Of a stretch of DNA of 64,000 nucleotides, positions 10,912-22,119 are shown in pieces (the first letter of the stretch is position 1; each line of letters opens with the position of its first letter). The stretch is from positions 160,001 to 224,000 of the forward strand of contig JBBQFN010000004.1 of assembly GCA_038321985.1 (NCBI GenBank). The letters run 5' to 3'. Source of the DNA: Cyanophyceae cyanobacterium. GTDB taxonomy: Bacteria; Cyanobacteriota; Cyanobacteriia; Cyanobacteriales; Laspinemataceae. Below the pieces are notes generated by a model. The model had not been told where the DNA came from. It saw nothing but the letters and a program-made list of their open reading frames with translations, and did not search any database. The position numbers and the translations under genes were made by a program.

Positions 10912-11661
10912 CTAGGTGGGTTCAGGTTCAGTCCCTGGTCGATATCCATGTTCAAAGGCAAAGCGCACGAGTTGGGAGCGATTTTCTAATCCCAATTTAC
11001 TGAGTATCCGACTCAGATGGGTCTGAACCGTCCGGGGACTAATCACCAAACTACCGGCAATTTGTTTATTAGTATGGCCTTGAATCACTTCCCAAAAGAC
11101 TCGTGCTTCAGCGGGAGTCAGGGGTAGCGGTTCGGGCGGCAGCGGTGTCAAGTCGCCGGATTCAACTCCCGGGCGATCTCGACTTTCAGCCGGAGTGTTA
11201 ATAGATTTCACGGACTCTATCTCGTCCCTGGGGTTCAGGGATGTCTGATGGGTAAACTGCTGCATTAACCGGATTATTTCGGAATGAATGCGTCGCGATC
11301 GCTCTAATTGAGCCTCGATTTTCGCGACCAATTCTAAGGGTTCAAACGGTTTAATCAAATAATCATCGGCACCGATCGCATGACCTTCTATTCGATCATC
11401 CAGTTCTCCCTTACTCGATAAGAAGATAAACGGAACCAACTTCCCCGCAGGATTCGTACGAAGACGCCGACAAAATTCAAATCCGTCCATCTGAGGCATG
11501 ATCACGTCTGAGACCACTAAATCGGGTGGATCCCGTTGAAATAGGTTTAACGCGTCCACTCCTGAATCTGCTTCTTCAACTACAAATCCCTGCTTTTCGA
11601 GATGATGTTTCACCATCATTCGCAGGATTTTATCATCATCTACAACTAAAATTCTTTTCAT
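10912..11661 (-). CDS. Response regulator, REC + LuxR HTH
   Basis: ILVVDDD, SDVIMP, KPF; C-terminal TNKQIA..L.ISPRTVQTH. Confidence 0.92.
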   Translation of the reverse strand: MKRILVVDDDKILRMMVKHHLEKQGFVVEEADSGVDALNLFQRDPPDLVVSDVIMPQMDGFEFCRRLRTNPAGKLVPFIFLSSKGELDDRIEGHAIGADDYLIKPFEPLELVAKIEAQLERSRRIHSEIIRLMQQFTHQTSLNPRDEIESVKSINTPAESRDRPGVESGDLTPLPPEPLPLTPAEARVFWEVIQGHTNKQIAGSLVISPRTVQTHLSRILSKLGLENRSQLVRFAFEHGYRPGTEPEPT

Positions 11662-12113
11662 TTGAGTGAGCCGCCGCACCTAAGTTGGTGCTGGGTATCT
11701 CGGATAGGTTAACAGGTTTTGCTAAAATTATTCTAATCTTTCTGATGTTAGGGACTCCCGTCGGCATCCCCTCCGGGGCATGAAGTGGCTGGCGTCTCTC
11801 CCCCACAACAGATCACGGGGGTTAACCCCACAGCTTTTAGGGTTCTGATCTGCACTCAACCGGGACTACCGTTCCCTATGTAGGGATACCCTCGACAAGA
11901 TGGCTCAGGTCATACGGTGTTTCTGAAAGGCCATCCTTAATTTTAGGATGCTCTTGTCCCAAATTATTTACAAGTTGGTCGTGGAGTTCCCACAAAGCGC
12001 AGATCCAGGCCTAAAAGTTGGCAATTTTAACCCCGAATATCTTTCTATTCAACTTTTTTCATCTTGCTGATAGGGAATTCCACTTGATAGGCGATCACCT
12101 GGAAAAATTCCAC

Positions 12114-13856
12114 CTACAAAATTACGGTAGGCGGATTAGGAACTAACCCAGGAATTGTTCCACCAATCATCGCGGATTGATGGTCAAACATGGTTCCTCC
12201 ATATTGCATAAAAACCTGAATCAATTCCATTTCAGCACGGCGGGGCAGCATGGTTTTCCAGGCTTTTAATGCTTCTAAAATAGTAGCGGCATTAAAGGCA
12301 TTACCGGCCCGATGGGCGGCTACTTCTCGATTTTCTCCTCGCCAATTTTTGGGGATGTAGCCTAGAGGAATTAACACCGATTTTTCAACTTGTTCGAGTA
12401 ACGATTCCATTCGTTTAAACCGGAGGCTATCGGAGTGGTTGGGGTTATTTTCCAGCCACTGTTTGACAGTGGGATTGCTGAAGACTTCTTTTTTAAGACG
12501 TTGGATAGCGGCAAAAAGGGATTGACTGGAATCTTTGACACAAGAGGTTGCTGGCGTCAACACGGAAGCACCGTTACCGGGTCCGGTGCGGTATCGGGTT
12601 TCCATAAAGGCGAGTTCCTGGATGATGGTTTGCAGGGGGTCGAATGTGCGATCGCCAAATTGGTAGGGGACGGTTAGTTCGGGGATGCGGATGACCACAT
12701 CGGATACCGGCAGGGTGTACATCCACCCCCGCTTCAAACTTCCCATATACGAATGCCAGCGATGAGCACCGGCAATCATCCCTTCGCGGTTATGCCCATA
12801 TACTTGTCGGTACACTAAGTCGAAGCGTAAATCCCCGGTAAATTCATCGGCGATCACTTTGGCAAAACCAAAGGCAAAATGTCCCGGAACTAGACCGAAG
12901 ACATCGCGATCGCCCCGTTCCCCCCCGCGCCATCCAAAGGTATGCACCACCAACGCCACATCTCCTGTAAGCCACAATTCGCGCCTGCGTTTTTGCATCA
13001 GGTCCGGCGATCGCTGGTTGCCATAGAGGATACCCCCATTATTATCGACGAGGGTGCGTTCAATCCGATGCAGGGGGATTTGCTGCCATTTGGTTTCGAT
13101 AAAATGCTGGCGTGTTTCCTCCCGTCCACTTAACATCCGCGTAGGGGTAAGGGAGAGGGCGGCGGCAGGTTCGATCGCCCCTACGATAAACAATCCATCC
13201 GGAGTGCGATCGCCATAAATATACCATCCCCCCGCGTTGAGAGGAGAGGTTTCAATTTCAATGACCGAACTTTGTTCTACCCTATGTCCCGGGGGAACGA
13301 CTCCCGCATCGGGAGTGGCGATCGTTTCTTCTGCCTCATCAAAATTACCCGTGGTCGGATTATAATGTCTGACCCGGTAGCGTTGGTCTCCTGCGGGTGC
13401 AACAAAGCGCACCAAGGCTTTTTGGACGCCGACAATTTGGACGGGTTCATCGCCAATACTCAAAACCTCGGTATTTCCTCCGGATTCGACCTCTAGCACA
13501 TCCAATTCGATCTGGACGTCATCCTCGGGCCTCGCACCGGCAAGAGACTCTAACGGACTCACATTTGACCATCCATCTAAGCGGGTGGGGTGAATGGCGA
13601 AATTCTCCATACTTTGATGAGTAATCTCATCAAAATGAATATCGGTAACCGCCCGCTGTATCCAGGACTGGTGGATAGATTGAGGATGCCACTTCACCCA
13701 GACTTGTTGACCCTTGAGGTGACTGTAAGCATTAGGGGTGTTTTCTAGTTTGACATAAATTCCCCCATCACTCTGGCGTTGAGAGGGGGAGGGCAAAATT
13801 GCAGTGCCACTCCAAGGGGCGACTGGGCGGTATAAATTATCCTTAATTGAATTCAT
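12114..13856 (-). CDS. Hypothetical protein resembling the soluble part of cyanobacterial 'CAAX protease/Abi'-annotated proteins
   Basis: YRPVAPWSG..ILP, RLDGW..VSPLESLAGARP.DD, GHFAFG, ATSCVKDS motifs recalled from that family; no TM CAAX domain visible. Confidence 0.6.
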   Translation of the reverse strand: MNSIKDNLYRPVAPWSGTAILPSPSQRQSDGGIYVKLENTPNAYSHLKGQQVWVKWHPQSIHQSWIQRAVTDIHFDEITHQSMENFAIHPTRLDGWSNVSPLESLAGARPEDDVQIELDVLEVESGGNTEVLSIGDEPVQIVGVQKALVRFVAPAGDQRYRVRHYNPTTGNFDEAEETIATPDAGVVPPGHRVEQSSVIEIETSPLNAGGWYIYGDRTPDGLFIVGAIEPAAALSLTPTRMLSGREETRQHFIETKWQQIPLHRIERTLVDNNGGILYGNQRSPDLMQKRRRELWLTGDVALVVHTFGWRGGERGDRDVFGLVPGHFAFGFAKVIADEFTGDLRFDLVYRQVYGHNREGMIAGAHRWHSYMGSLKRGWMYTLPVSDVVIRIPELTVPYQFGDRTFDPLQTIIQELAFMETRYRTGPGNGASVLTPATSCVKDSSQSLFAAIQRLKKEVFSNPTVKQWLENNPNHSDSLRFKRMESLLEQVEKSVLIPLGYIPKNWRGENREVAAHRAGNAFNAATILEALKAWKTMLPRRAEMELIQVFMQYGGTMFDHQSAMIGGTIPGLVPNPPTVIL

Positions 13857-14601
13857 GGGTAGGGGGGGTAATAGTCATGGACTTAGGGTGTAAAATGTAT
13901 TCTGATGTACCAGAAGCCTTGGGGACCCTTATCGATATCTAATATCTAGTTGGATACTTTCCTCAACTTTCTTTATTTTACTGTAAAAGAGATAATTAAC
14001 TTCTAAAATTTTAAGAATTATCATCGCTTTAGGTGGTAATTTTAAACTCAAGAGGATAAGGGCATTTTTGATAGGGTAAACGAATAGTTCTGGCGGTTTT
14101 AAGGTCATAATATCCTGATTTAACTAGGAAATTTATCAGTCATAAAGTGATTCTCCCAGAGGAATACAGGTTAACAATATTATAATTTATTCTTCAGAAC
14201 TACTGCCGACTTAACGGTTATAGAATTGGAGAAATGAGCCCTTAATTAATAGTTGTCTTAAAAAATCAAACAATTTATATCAAATTAAAGTTGAGCGCTG
14301 CTGTTTTCACCAAAACTACAGGAAAATAGAAAGTCCAAATTAAAAAAAATTAACAAATTATCAGGGGTTGAAACATTACCCCTGCCGAATTAAATCATAT
14401 CCCATCGTTGCAACAGGTTTTCTTAATCTCCAAAATAATCGAAAGGGAGCATAACTTGCGCCCCCAATCATTCACTAATTTATTATCGGTAATATCCTCA
14501 AAAACGTCTCCTTGAGTTGACCCTATCCTGATTTAAGAAAACAGATTGGTTCCCGCGTTAGTCCGGTAATGATGGGGGTAGGAATGGTGAATGGGGACGG
14601 A

Positions 14602-14823
14602 TCATGCGACTTCTTGCTGCCCGATCGCCCGGTCAATGAAACGCTTTCCGGCTGCGATCGCCACTTCCGGGGTAGGGTAAGGCTTGGTATCGCTGAGGAC
14701 CTGGGTTTCTGAGGCAATGCATAAGGGACGGTAGCCATCCGTACCGGGAAAGACCAAAATCGTCCAATTTCGATAATTAATCTGGTGGGGTTTCGCCGTT
14801 TGCAAATCCCGGTTTGGGTTCAT
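14602..14823 (-). CDS. Small hypothetical protein
   Basis: 73 aa, AGGA upstream of ATG, protein-like composition (YPTPEVAIAAGKRFID). Confidence 0.55.
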   Translation of the reverse strand: MNPNRDLQTAKPHQINYRNWTILVFPGTDGYRPLCIASETQVLSDTKPYPTPEVAIAAGKRFIDRAIGQQEVA

Positions 14824-15030
14824 GGTTGTCTTTCCTGTTTAATAAACCGTCTTAACATACAAGAGATTCTTCCTAGATTCCGTCACGGATAAAACAAGAA
14901 GACGGAGGGACCCAGGGGTAAAGGGTTTTACCTCAGATGAATTTTCCCTCGGATTCGGGGGGAGTTGGAATTCGACAGAGGTTTATATCGGAGCGTATAG
15001 TTGTTATATACTGTCTCTTTGGGATACTGT

Positions 15031-15483
15031 ATGCCCAGACGCCTCACCCTTCAACCTCATCTGAGCGTAGCAGAACTCGAAAGCCGCTATCGCAAGTCAA
15101 AAGACCCGGTAGAACGCACCCATTATCAAATTGTCTGGTTGTTAGCGAAAGGAACTTCCACGGAACAAGTGGCCGACGTCACCGGGTACTGTCGGGACTG
15201 GATCCGGCAGGTTGCTCGTCGTTATAATAAGGAAGGCAGCGCCGGACTTGGCGATCGCCGTCATGAAAATCCCGGTGCCGAACCGTTGCTGTCTCCCCAA
15301 CAGCAAACCGAATTATGGGAAGCACTCCAAGGCCCTCCTCCCGATGGCGGATTGTGGAATAGTCGCCAAGTTGCAGATTGGATATCCGAACGGATTGCCC
15401 GTCCGGTGGCAATGCAACGGGGATGGGACTACCTCCAACAGATGGGAGCAAGACTGGTTCAGGAGGCTACTCCGTGGGACTAG
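15031..15483 (+). mobile_element. IS630-family transposase N-terminal HTH module only (no DDE domain)
   Basis: HLSVAELESRYR..KDPVERTHYQ, RRYNKEG..GLGDRR, PPDGGLWNSRQVA..GWDYL; stop codon directly after the winged HTH. Confidence 0.75.
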
Positions 15484-15651
15484 AGGGCCTCAGGGACTCA
15501 AATATCCAATCCAACTCCACAGCAGCCCAATTCCAAGTAAAATTTTTGCTGAGTCAGGGGTCAGGAGATCGGGGTGCTGAATCAAATTCTGTGCCACCCT
15601 CTCCAGATCCCACCCTGCCACTCTTCCTCGGTGATAACCGTGAGCACATTC

Positions 15652-18489
15652 ATGTCTGTAACTTCTTCTGGGCAAAATCCACCGGTCCTTTGGCATACGT
15701 TAGATGTCGATACAACCCTCGAAAAACTCCAGGTTGATCAGACTAAGGGTTTAAGCAATTCCGAGGCATCGGAACGGTTGCAAAAGTATGGCCCTAATGA
15801 ACTGCAAGAAACTGCGGGTCGTAGTCCCTGGATTATCTTATTGGATCAGTTCAAGAACATCATGTTATTGATGCTGATCGGAGTTGCCTTGATTTCGGGT
15901 TTTTTGGCCCTTCAAAACCAGGAATTTCCTAAAGATGCGGTAGCAATTATGCTAATCGTGATTCTGAATGGGGTACTCGGCTATTTCCAGGAAAGCAGAG
16001 CGGAAAAAGCCCTAGCTGCCTTGAAAAGTATGGCATCTCCTCTGGTGCGGGTTCTTAGGGAGGGGAAAGTAGTCGAGGTTGAGGCGGCAAAGGTGGTCCC
16101 CGGGGATGTCATGTTCCTGGAAGCAGGGGTACAGGTGGCTGCGGATGGCAGACTGATAGAAGAGTCTAACCTGCAAGTCCGAGAGTCCGCGTTGACGGGG
16201 GAAGCACACCCGTCGGAAAAGGATGCGCCGATTCATTTACCGGAGAATACATCCCTGGGCGATCGCGTTAATCTGGTCTTTTGTGGTACGGAAGTAGTCA
16301 AGGGACGGGCTAAGGCAGTCGTGGTTGGGACCGGCATGAACACCGAATTGGGCAAAATTGCCGAAATGATTCAGGGTGTGGAAACTGAAGATACCCCCCT
16401 GCAACAACGGATGACCCAACTCGGGAATGTTTTGGTCACCGGGTCCCTAATTCTAGTGGCGATCGTGGTGATTGGCGGTACCCTGGTTCAGGGAATGTCA
16501 GCATTTAATCATCTATTAGAAATTTCTCTGAGTATGGCGGTGGCGATCGTCCCGGAGGGTTTACCGGCAGTGATTACGGTGACTTTGGCCCTCGGGACGC
16601 AACGGATGGTCAAGCGTCATGCCTTAATTCGTAAACTTCCTGCTGTGGAAACCCTCGGCAGTGTCACCACAATTTGTTCGGATAAAACGGGCACTTTAAC
16701 TCAAAATAAAATGGTGGTGCAGGGGGTGGAAACCCCTAGTCACAGCTTTACCGTGACTGGGGAAGGTTATCAACCCACCGGAGAGTTTATAGGTGAAAAT
16801 CAGACAAAAGTAGGGGTGGGTAACCTTGGGGACTATCCCGAACTGGAAACCCTGCTGCTGAGTTGTGTGCAGTGTAATGATGCGCTGTTGCAGTACGAGA
16901 AAGAGGATTGGGCAATTATGGGGGACCCGACAGAAGGGGCATTGCTGGCCTTGGCGGGTAAACTAGAATTCACCGGCGATCGCCTCAATGGGCAACTGCC
17001 ACGCATTAGTGAGTTCCCCTTTTCATCAGAACGCAAGCGCATGAGTGTCATCTCTCAAGTCTCTGGTCCCGAGTCTGAGGTGATTCGCAGCGAGTCAACG
17101 CCGTTCGTGATGTTTACCAAGGGGTCACCGGAATTAACCTTAGAACGTTGTACCCGAATTCTGATCGGCAAACAAATTCAGCCCTTTTCTGCGGCGCAAC
17201 GGCAGCAGGTTTTAGAGCAAAATAATAATTTAGCAGCCCGAGGGTTGCGCGTCCTGGGATTTGCCTACAAACCTTTAACTGAACAACCGCCAGAGGGTTC
17301 GGAAGACCAAACGGAACGGGATTTAGTCTGGTTGGGAATGGTGGGAATGTTAGATGCACCTAGACCCGAAGTGCGGGAGGCGGTGATCAAGTGTCGCCGG
17401 GCGGGAATTCGACCCATTATGATTACAGGAGATCATCAACTCACCGCAACGGCGATCGCCCAGGATTTGGGAATTGCCCAAGTTGGCGATCGCGTTCTCA
17501 TGGGTCAACAGTTGGAAGAAATGCCCCAGGAGGAGTTGGAACGGGAGGTGGATCACGTCAGTGTGTATGCGCGGGTTTCTCCTGAACACAAACTTAGAAT
17601 CGTCCAAGCGTTGCAAAAAAGGGGTAAATTTGTAGCCATGACTGGGGACGGGGTGAATGATGCACCCGCCCTCAAACAAGCGGATATCGGGATTGCGATG
17701 GGGATTACGGGTACCGATGTGAGTAAAGAAGCCAGTGATATGGTACTTCTGGATGATAATTTTGCAACCATTATCGCCGCTACGGAAGAAGGCCGGGTGG
17801 TTTATACTAATATTCGCCGGTTTATTAAATACATTCTCGGTTCCAATATTGGAGAACTTCTCACGATCGCAGCAGCCCCGCTTTTGGGATTGCCCGGTGT
17901 TCCCCTAACTCCGTTACAAATTCTCTGGATGAATCTGGTCACCGATGGGTTTCCAGCCTTAGCCTTGGCACTAGAACCGCCGGAACCGGATGTGATGAAT
18001 CGTCCCCCCTTTAGTCCTCGGGAGAACATTTTTGCTCGGGGATTGGGGTTGTACATGGTCCGGATTGGAATTGTGTTTGCGATTATTTCGATCGCCTTAA
18101 TGATGTGGGCCTATTCCTACACTAACACCGTTGTATCCCCGGGGCTCTCTCCGGACCGCTGGAAAACAATGGTTTTTACAACCTTGTGTATTGCTCAAAT
18201 GGGCCATGCGATCGCAGTTCGGTCGAATACTCAGCTTACGATTCAGCTAAATCCCTTTTCTAACCCGTTTGTATTCGGGGCGGTGATTATAACGACTATT
18301 CTCCAGCTTATGTTGATTTATGTTGAACCGTTGCGGGCGTTTTTTGGAACCCATTGGTTGACGCCCACTGAGTTGGCTATTTGTTTAGGATTTAGTTCGT
18401 TATTATTTATTTGGGTGGAAATGGAAAAGGTATTTGTTGGGTTGTTTTATGCTCGAAAAAATCGGGAAAACTTGGAGGGGAAAAGATAG
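15652..18489 (+). CDS. Cation-transporting P-type ATPase (P2A, Ca2+-type, PacL-like)
   Basis: DKTGT phosphorylation site, [24 protein letters not shown]. Confidence 0.93.
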   Translation: MSVTSSGQNPPVLWHTLDVDTTLEKLQVDQTKGLSNSEASERLQKYGPNELQETAGRSPWIILLDQFKNIMLLMLIGVALISGFLALQNQEFPKDAVAIMLIVILNGVLGYFQESRAEKALAALKSMASPLVRVLREGKVVEVEAAKVVPGDVMFLEAGVQVAADGRLIEESNLQVRESALTGEAHPSEKDAPIHLPENTSLGDRVNLVFCGTEVVKGRAKAVVVGTGMNTELGKIAEMIQGVETEDTPLQQRMTQLGNVLVTGSLILVAIVVIGGTLVQGMSAFNHLLEISLSMAVAIVPEGLPAVITVTLALGTQRMVKRHALIRKLPAVETLGSVTTICSDKTGTLTQNKMVVQGVETPSHSFTVTGEGYQPTGEFIGENQTKVGVGNLGDYPELETLLLSCVQCNDALLQYEKEDWAIMGDPTEGALLALAGKLEFTGDRLNGQLPRISEFPFSSERKRMSVISQVSGPESEVIRSESTPFVMFTKGSPELTLERCTRILIGKQIQPFSAAQRQQVLEQNNNLAARGLRVLGFAYKPLTEQPPEGSEDQTERDLVWLGMVGMLDAPRPEVREAVIKCRRAGIRPIMITGDHQLTATAIAQDLGIAQVGDRVLMGQQLEEMPQEELEREVDHVSVYARVSPEHKLRIVQALQKRGKFVAMTGDGVNDAPALKQADIGIAMGITGTDVSKEASDMVLLDDNFATIIAATEEGRVVYTNIRRFIKYILGSNIGELLTIAAAPLLGLPGVPLTPLQILWMNLVTDGFPALALALEPPEPDVMNRPPFSPRENIFARGLGLYMVRIGIVFAIISIALMMWAYSYTNTVVSPGLSPDRWKTMVFTTLCIAQMGHAIAVRSNTQLTIQLNPFSNPFVFGAVIITTILQLMLIYVEPLRAFFGTHWLTPTELAICLGFSSLLFIWVEMEKVFVGLFYARKNRENLEGKR

Positions 18490-18731
18490 AATTTTAGAGG
18501 TAAAGTTGGTAAACTGGGGGGATATTTTGGGGTAGAGTAATAAGAAAGGGAGGGGGTGAATTTTGGCCTGTCCTGGGACAATCTCAGGGGTTAAGATGCC
18601 CGGCGTTTGTCGTCCCCGGTGCAAGATGAATCATACAAGCCCCGATAGGAGAGCAAGTGGGGACGACAACCAGGGATTTTTATTGAAATTAATGGCTGTA
18701 TTTTATTAAGTTTAATTATTGTAAATTAATT

Positions 18732-19886
18732 ATGTTTATCAAAGAACTGCATTTAAGACAGTTTAGAAATTATGTAGAGCAGAAAGTCGAGTTAAATGCC
18801 CCAAAAACAATTTTAGTGGGGGATAATGCTCAAGGCAAAACTAATGTATTGGAGGCGTTGGGGTTACTTTCGACCCTGAAGAGTTCGCGGGTTTCTCGCG
18901 ATCGCGATTTAATTCGGGAGGGAGAACCTCTCGGACAAGTTACTGGCATTGTGTCTCGGGAATATCGGTCAGTTAAGTTAGGAGTTGTGTTACGTCGGAC
19001 GGGAAGGCGAACCGTGGCGATCGATGAAGAATCCTGCCGTCGCAATATGGATTTTTTGGGTCTGTTAAATGTGGTGCAATTTTCTAGTCTGGACTTAGAA
19101 TTAGTGCGCTCAGGACCCGAAATTCGGCGCAATTGGTTAGATGGGTTGTTGGTCCAACTTGAACCAATTTATGCTCATATTTTACAGCAGTATAATAAAA
19201 TATTGAAGCAGCGAAATGCCTTATTAAAAGAGATTAGAAGCACAGAGGCAAGAGGAGAAAAAATACAATTAGGTTCAGAATATCAGGCCCAATTGGGATT
19301 ATGGGATGCCCAACTGGCAACCCTCGGAGTGCGAGTGATGCAACGGCGATCGCGAGCCTTAGAACGATTGGTTCCCATTGCAGAAACCTGGCACGCTGCA
19401 ATTAGTGGTCGAGTGGAATCTTTGTGCATACATTATACTCCAAATGTCGCAGGAATGCAAGAGCCGGAGTTACGAGATAATTCGCCCAAGGCAACCCAAG
19501 CATTTTTAGAAAAACTTCAATCCCGTGCAGTCGCTGAATCGTTCCAAGGAACCACTCTCGTAGGTCCTCACCGGGATGATATCGAATTCACCCTCAATCA
19601 ACTCCCGGTGAAACAATTTGCATCTCAAGGACAACAACGGACCCTGGTTTTAGCCTTAAAATTAGCAGAACTTAAACTGATTGAGGAGATAGTTGGAGAA
19701 CCTCCAGTTTTACTGTTAGATGATGTTCTGGCGGAGTTAGATCCTAAGCGTCAAAATCAACTTCTCGAAGCGATTCAAGAACGGTTTCAAACCGTGATTG
19801 CCACCACTCATCTCGGCGGATTTGAAAACGCCTGGGTAAATTCGGCCCAAATTCTGACGGTGAAAGCCGGGAAAATTTTTCCCTAA
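18732..19886 (+). CDS. recF: DNA replication/repair protein RecF
   Basis: FRNY, GDNAQGKTN, GPHRDD, SQGQQR, LLLDDVLAELD. Confidence 0.97.
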   Translation: MFIKELHLRQFRNYVEQKVELNAPKTILVGDNAQGKTNVLEALGLLSTLKSSRVSRDRDLIREGEPLGQVTGIVSREYRSVKLGVVLRRTGRRTVAIDEESCRRNMDFLGLLNVVQFSSLDLELVRSGPEIRRNWLDGLLVQLEPIYAHILQQYNKILKQRNALLKEIRSTEARGEKIQLGSEYQAQLGLWDAQLATLGVRVMQRRSRALERLVPIAETWHAAISGRVESLCIHYTPNVAGMQEPELRDNSPKATQAFLEKLQSRAVAESFQGTTLVGPHRDDIEFTLNQLPVKQFASQGQQRTLVLALKLAELKLIEEIVGEPPVLLLDDVLAELDPKRQNQLLEAIQERFQTVIATTHLGGFENAWVNSAQILTVKAGKIFP

Positions 19887-20023
19887 ACCGGGAAATTTTA
19901 ACCAGTTTGGAGAGAAGGGGTTAGGGGATATGGGTATCCTCTTCCCCTTGAGGACATTCTTAGGCTATGCTCTATAAACATAAACGGGTGATATTGATAG
20001 CGCTGTGGAAGGGGAAGGAATTC

Positions 20024-20965
20024 GTGTTAGCTAAACGCAAAAAATCAAAACCAAGAACAGCTCAAATCGGTCAGAAATTCCCCGATTTGGCGAAGTTTTC
20101 CTATTTAAGCGAGTTGTCAACCGCTAGACATCCGTTTGATGTGATTTATGAACAGTTTAGTAAACCTCAAATTCAGCTACTCTTTAACAAAGACGAACCT
20201 TCGATTTATTTACGCCATACCGAGGGACAAATCGTCAAAGGAAACTATCAAATTGAAAAGGTTTTTGAAGATTATCTCACTGGATTTTATGCAGAAGGGA
20301 GGATTCCTTTATCGGGAAATGCTCCCCCAGTGTTAGTGATTCGGGGATATGGTTCGTGGTATCCTTTTGATGGGGTACTTCAAGATACCCCCGATGTTTT
20401 TATTGCAAACCTAGACTGGCAATTCAAAGCAGCGGAAACCAAAGGGGCGGTGGATTGGATTAAGGAAAAATGTCACCAGGGCGATCGCCCTGACGTGATT
20501 GGCGAAAGTCTCGGAGGCAAAATCGCCCAACAACTGGCTGTTAAATACTCCGACTGCATTGGTTCCGTCGTCACCTTCAATCCGTTAGGAATTGCGGTGG
20601 ATTTAGCCGAATCTAGTCCCGCAAAAGCGGTTTTTCATTACTTTACCTTAGGAGAATGTTATGCCTTTTGGGCGAATCAAGGAGGATTTATTCCTGGGAC
20701 TGTTTTCCAAATTTCTAAACGGGGAAGTCGTTGTTGGACTTACAGACTTGCTGAGTGGTTGATTCAGCGGACTCCTTCTCCCCTTGGCAGATTTAAAAGT
20801 CGCAATGTATGGTTGCGCTTTATCGAGATTTTTGAGCGTCTTATGGTCCAACTTATTCTCCTGCATCGACATAATAGCTTAATTCTTCACCATCCCCGGC
20901 CCATCGTTCAGATTGTTGAATTAAAAAAGTTGCTCCCTCACGTTAATTCTCCCTTTTTCACCTGA
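20024..20965 (+). CDS. Alpha/beta-hydrolase (lipase-like)
   Basis: GESLGG nucleophile elbow, VLVIRG, VTFNP.G; GTG start after GGAAGGA (ORF open from 19967). Confidence 0.65.
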   Translation: MLAKRKKSKPRTAQIGQKFPDLAKFSYLSELSTARHPFDVIYEQFSKPQIQLLFNKDEPSIYLRHTEGQIVKGNYQIEKVFEDYLTGFYAEGRIPLSGNAPPVLVIRGYGSWYPFDGVLQDTPDVFIANLDWQFKAAETKGAVDWIKEKCHQGDRPDVIGESLGGKIAQQLAVKYSDCIGSVVTFNPLGIAVDLAESSPAKAVFHYFTLGECYAFWANQGGFIPGTVFQISKRGSRCWTYRLAEWLIQRTPSPLGRFKSRNVWLRFIEIFERLMVQLILLHRHNSLILHHPRPIVQIVELKKLLPHVNSPFFT

Positions 20966-20994
20966 TTTTTGTGATTTTAGTTAAAATCCTTCTT

Positions 20995-21993
20995 ATGTCT
21001 ATCATTTTTGCCGAAAATCTTACTAAAGTTTACCCCGTTGCGATCAAAGAACCGGGCCTTAAAGGAACTTTAAACCACTTTTTCCGCCGGACTTATCGCA
21101 ATATTGAAGCGGTCAAAGATGTTTCTTTTGAAATTCAACCGGGTGAAGTAGTGGGATTTTTAGGACCCAATGGGGCGGGAAAAACCACGACGTTAAAAAT
21201 GCTAACGGGGTTAATTCACCCCTCTGGGGGGCGGGTGCAAGTCGCGGGTCATGTCCCCTTTCAACGCAAAGAAGCCTTTCTACAAAAAATCACCCTGGTG
21301 ATGGGACAAAAGCAGCAGTTAATCTGGGATTTACCCGCCTTAGATTCGTTGCGCATTAATGGGGCGGTGTATGGCATTCCTGAACAAGAATGTCGGCAGC
21401 GCATTGGTCAATTAACGGAAATGCTTTCCCTCCAAGGAAAGCTCAATCAACCCGTGCGCAAGCTATCCCTTGGGGAACGAATGAAAGCGGAATTGATGGC
21501 CGCATTATTGCACAATCCCGATGTTTTATTTCTGGATGAACCCACCCTCGGATTAGATGTAAATGCCCAAGCCTCTGTACGGGATTTTTTACGGGAGTAC
21601 AATCAACGCACGGGGGCAACTATTCTGTTAACCAGTCATTATATGGCGGATATTACAGCCTTGTGTAGTCGCGTAATTTTAATTTATGCGGGTCAACTGA
21701 TTTATGATGGAAGTTTGGATGGGTTAGCCGAGCGTTTTGCTCCTTATCGCGAGGTTCAGTTAGAGTTAACTCATGCAGTTTCTGACCCCGAAAAATTGCG
21801 CCAACAAATCTCGAAGTATGGAGAAGTAGAAGAAATTGCGGGTCAGTCGGTCCGATTACTGGTGCGTCGGGATAGTTTGACGGCAACGGTTAGTCAAATT
21901 TTAATGGATTTTGAAATAGTAGATTTAACGGTCACCGAACCCCCGATTGAAGAAGTAATTGGACGAGTCTTTCGTGCCGGGTCGATCGCCTGA
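20995..21993 (+). CDS. ABC exporter ATP-binding subunit
   Basis: GPNGAGKTT Walker A, LSLGERMK, FLDEPT. Confidence 0.93.
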   Translation: MSIIFAENLTKVYPVAIKEPGLKGTLNHFFRRTYRNIEAVKDVSFEIQPGEVVGFLGPNGAGKTTTLKMLTGLIHPSGGRVQVAGHVPFQRKEAFLQKITLVMGQKQQLIWDLPALDSLRINGAVYGIPEQECRQRIGQLTEMLSLQGKLNQPVRKLSLGERMKAELMAALLHNPDVLFLDEPTLGLDVNAQASVRDFLREYNQRTGATILLTSHYMADITALCSRVILIYAGQLIYDGSLDGLAERFAPYREVQLELTHAVSDPEKLRQQISKYGEVEEIAGQSVRLLVRRDSLTATVSQILMDFEIVDLTVTEPPIEEVIGRVFRAGSIA

Positions 21994-22119
21994 AAAGAAG
22001 GGGTCTAAAAGGAAGCTCTCTCCCTCGAAAAAAGGGTTCTATAAAGCCCTATTTTGGATAATTGCTCTTACAAATGACCCCATTTTTTACAATTTTTTAC
22101 AAGTTATTCCCTAAAACTC

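Noticed and set aside
16195..16206. TGEA in place of TGES in the P-type ATPase actuator
   Set aside because: As I recall, a common variant in cyanobacterial P2A ATPases; not evidence of inactivation
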